This document shows positions 61,001 through 64,000 of a stretch of DNA of 64,000 nucleotides, piece by piece. Within the stretch, counting starts at the first letter, position 1; the number at the start of each line of letters is the position of its first letter. The notes under the pieces are model-generated. The model did not search any database. It saw nothing but the letters and a program-made list of their open reading frames with translations, and was not told where the DNA came from. Source of the DNA: Marsupella aquatica (taxonomy: Eukaryota; Plantae; Marchantiophyta); assembly GCA_973895155.1 (NCBI GenBank), contig OZ316896.1:16120576-16184575 (forward strand). The letters are read 5' to 3'. Both the position numbers and the translations under genes were made by a program.

Positions 61001-64000
61001 TTTGTAGGGCTGTTCACTTAGCGGTTCAACAGGCAATATGGTTGTTCACCCTAAATTTATTGAAGGCAAAAAGAAATTGGAGATTTGAACGATTGACAGA
61101 AAGTGGAAGTGCTGTGTCAGGAAATCCTAATTTTTATCACCCTCTCATTGAGTGATCTTCGTTGGCAGTTGGTTACTGAAAGTCTGACAAAAAATATTGA
61201 GGGCCGCCAACAGAAAAAGCATCATTATGCCCCATCAGTCCAAAATAGTTCTTTTTGTATATAGTAAAGTCTTGTTTACTTAGAGGGCATTGTGTGCCAT
61301 AATGGCCACAAAATAGAGAGCTAGGGGCTCGAGTTTTGAGGGGCTATTATTGCCCATTATGCTAAAGCACCTTAATAAACCTAAAGACCCTACGTGAATT
61401 TTATTTTACTAATCTTATTAAAAGTGAAGTAGGATTTTGCACGCTTCTCCATTGATGCCTTAAAAATTAGAAAAAGAGACTTCACTGAGGGCATTAAGGT
61501 ACAAATAACCACCAAGGCCCAGTCCACCAGAGTCAAGATAGAAGGCATTCTTCTCCATGAATCACGTAGGGCTCTACGAAATAAAATGCATCAAGGCTCA
61601 GTCCACCAGAGTTTAGATAGAATGCTTTCCTATAAATACCCTGAAAACTGCAACCAGAAAAATCACAAGTTTAATGCCCAGTCCCTCCCAGTCGGCATAG
61701 ATGGAGGAAAATGACAAAGGAAGACAAAAATATAGGTTGAAAAAGGCAGCAATGACGTCTCATGCAAACACTGTACCCCCGTCGTCAAGAGACAACACAA
61801 ACAGTGAAAGTAGAATCATGTCGTCAGAATGCAATCGAATCCTATCAATTTTGAAGTTGCCCTAACAAGCAGGTTGGATGTACCTTACTACAGAACCTTA
61901 TCCAATTTATTCTAAGGCCCAGTGAGGGGCGCCGATTCCAGACGAAATGGGGAGGGGGTGTCGAATTTAAATCCTAGAGCGGTCCAGGTGACTGAATTTG
62001 AATGTGGGAATGAAAATACCAGAGCCGTTTCTACTGTAGATCAGTACCTATCTTTCGTAATTCTCGAGACCTACAGGAAGCCTTGCAGATGCCAATCTAT
62101 GATTGTTATATATGACCCATCCGTCTGGAAATCTTCGCAATCAAATATTTTGAGATACACACAATCTGTTCCAAACCTCAGCCTCCAGAATGATGTCCCT
62201 ACCGAAAGGCAAAGGAATCTTATTGCTTGAGATCAATGTCTCTCCTTGTGATCCTAAATCTTGAGGTTGATGAGTTGTTTAGGAAGACACGAAGCACATA
62301 TCGACCTGAGCTCCAAACAATCATGAGCTGATTCTCTCCGCTGGTCAAACTGTTACGAAATCATTCTTCATGACATCATTCTCTGTTCCAGCTGTCCATA
62401 TTGCCAGTCCTAAGGTTGAGATTGAGAAGCCAAAGCTCTGGAGAGTGGAGATTAAAGGTTTTCTGACAATTTTTTAATTAAGATCATGTCATTCTCCCAT
62501 CTGTAGTGGTTATCTTGGAATCAGTCTCCACGAGATAGTTCTACTACTCATTCAAAAGCTGCACTCCTGTCCACACACATTCTAGGTATTTTAATAGACC
62601 CCCAAACAAGAGTTCCTTGCTTATTCAATAGACTCCCAAACAAGAGTTTCCTGGTTGATCAACCCCCCCAAGTCCATTTGTTACCCAATCGGCTTTGTGA
62701 CACTTTCTTAAGGATAGTTCCTGTGAGGAGCACTACTGGGAGACTTTACCACAGTAAACCCTAATTTTCTATGATACAAGCCCGTGGCCCCGCCCGTGGT
62801 AAGCTGTAACTGTGTTGAGATAGCAGTGCGCCCACAATCAGCGTGTCATAAGTATGGCACCAGAATGCTAAGTATGGCACCAGATGCAGTCGTGGGTACT
62901 TTTGTGTTTAAAGACAGAACTAGTATGGTCTTCAGTAGTTTAGGGGTTAGGTCTTCAGTAGTCTGTCCAATTTGGAATTGAGGATCTTATTTAGCCAGGA
63001 AGCAATAACTTTGTTAAGGAAAGTTTGCTGGCTGGGAAGCACTCCACTTCTGTGGTTATTTTTTAATACAATTAGGCTATCTGCCGAGTACATGTGCTTT
63101 GTGTGACAGATTAGTCTCCCACAATCACTTCAAATAGTTTGCATAAGCAACTTTGGTATGATATTGTATATTGAAATCAGATAATTTAGAGAGCTGTAGT
63201 CTACATAGATGGGTTGATAATGTGGAAGGTACTGAGGACTGACCACTTTGGTGTTACAAATCCCTAGAGCAGAATGTGCAAGGAAAAGACATTGGTGTGC
63301 ACATTTATGTGGATTGATGTTTATTGGTATGGAATGCAAATGGTATTCTAACAACTGGATAAAGAATTTGATCTCACTCTTTGCCAAATTGACCCTGGCA
63401 TTAAGCATTGGCAATTGCTGTATTTTCAGTGGACAAACTTGGAAAGTAGGAACAAACCAACTTTGGATGGCCCTACCTCAAACTAACTCTAAGCTAGGGG
63501 GTCCACTAACTAATTGTGAAGACAAAGGCCCATGTTTTGGATTGCTTATATAAATATTAAATTTTACAAAGGCACTTCAATAGTCACAAGCAAACAACTT
63601 GGGCATATGCAAAACCATTCTCCGCTTTTCCTCACATTCAATGAACCTTGTTTGCACACTGATATTGTCCTCTCCGACAACTGAAATCCCTAAGTCACAA
63701 CACTATAATGCCACCCAGATAGCATGTGAAGGCTGACCAAAAGACACTCAGCCTCCCAATAACCTCCACTATGACATATTCCCCCAAACCTTATGACTGA
63801 CAAAAGTTGTTGTGACAAAATGTGAAGCAATGAATATGATCTGGATTGCATTTTGTGAGGAGAATTTAAGTAAGAACATTTGAAGACATTACACATATTG
63901 TCTTCACATAATTTCTGAGATCCTCGATAGCGGCAGTCTCAGCCAGCCCTAAACCAAGTGGTTGACTGTTTGGTCAAGTTGCTTGCACCCATGGAAGCGG

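Noticed and set aside
59700-64000. Broken ORF-like stretches, including a faint RNase H-like segment near 63690-63900
   Set aside because: The similarity is too weak to support without a profile search.

Overview
Plant nuclear DNA; the 5S sequence and gene content look bryophyte-like, probably liverwort or moss (inferred, not searched). Bases 1-28012 are the right end of a tandem 5S rDNA array with 748/749-bp units, 37 complete 5S genes on + and no 18S/5.8S/26S sequence. Two copies carry a loop-E double substitution inside a duplicated 3-unit block. The last 31 units look identical. Directly at the array edge, on the minus strand, is a divergent 5S-derived element. It keeps box A and box C at the exact 5S spacing but has replaced the sequence between them, and it could make a structured ~205-nt Pol III RNA whose 3' end is copied in every array unit. 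This is the most novel candidate in the window. Downstream are a 5'-truncated DPE1 (GH77) retrocopy with an A-rich tail and 14-bp TSD, a decayed 5'-truncated L1-type LINE, an intronless AWPM-19-family gene, an intronless BIR1-like LRR receptor kinase, many short two-copy tandem duplications, and decayed sequence I could not classify.
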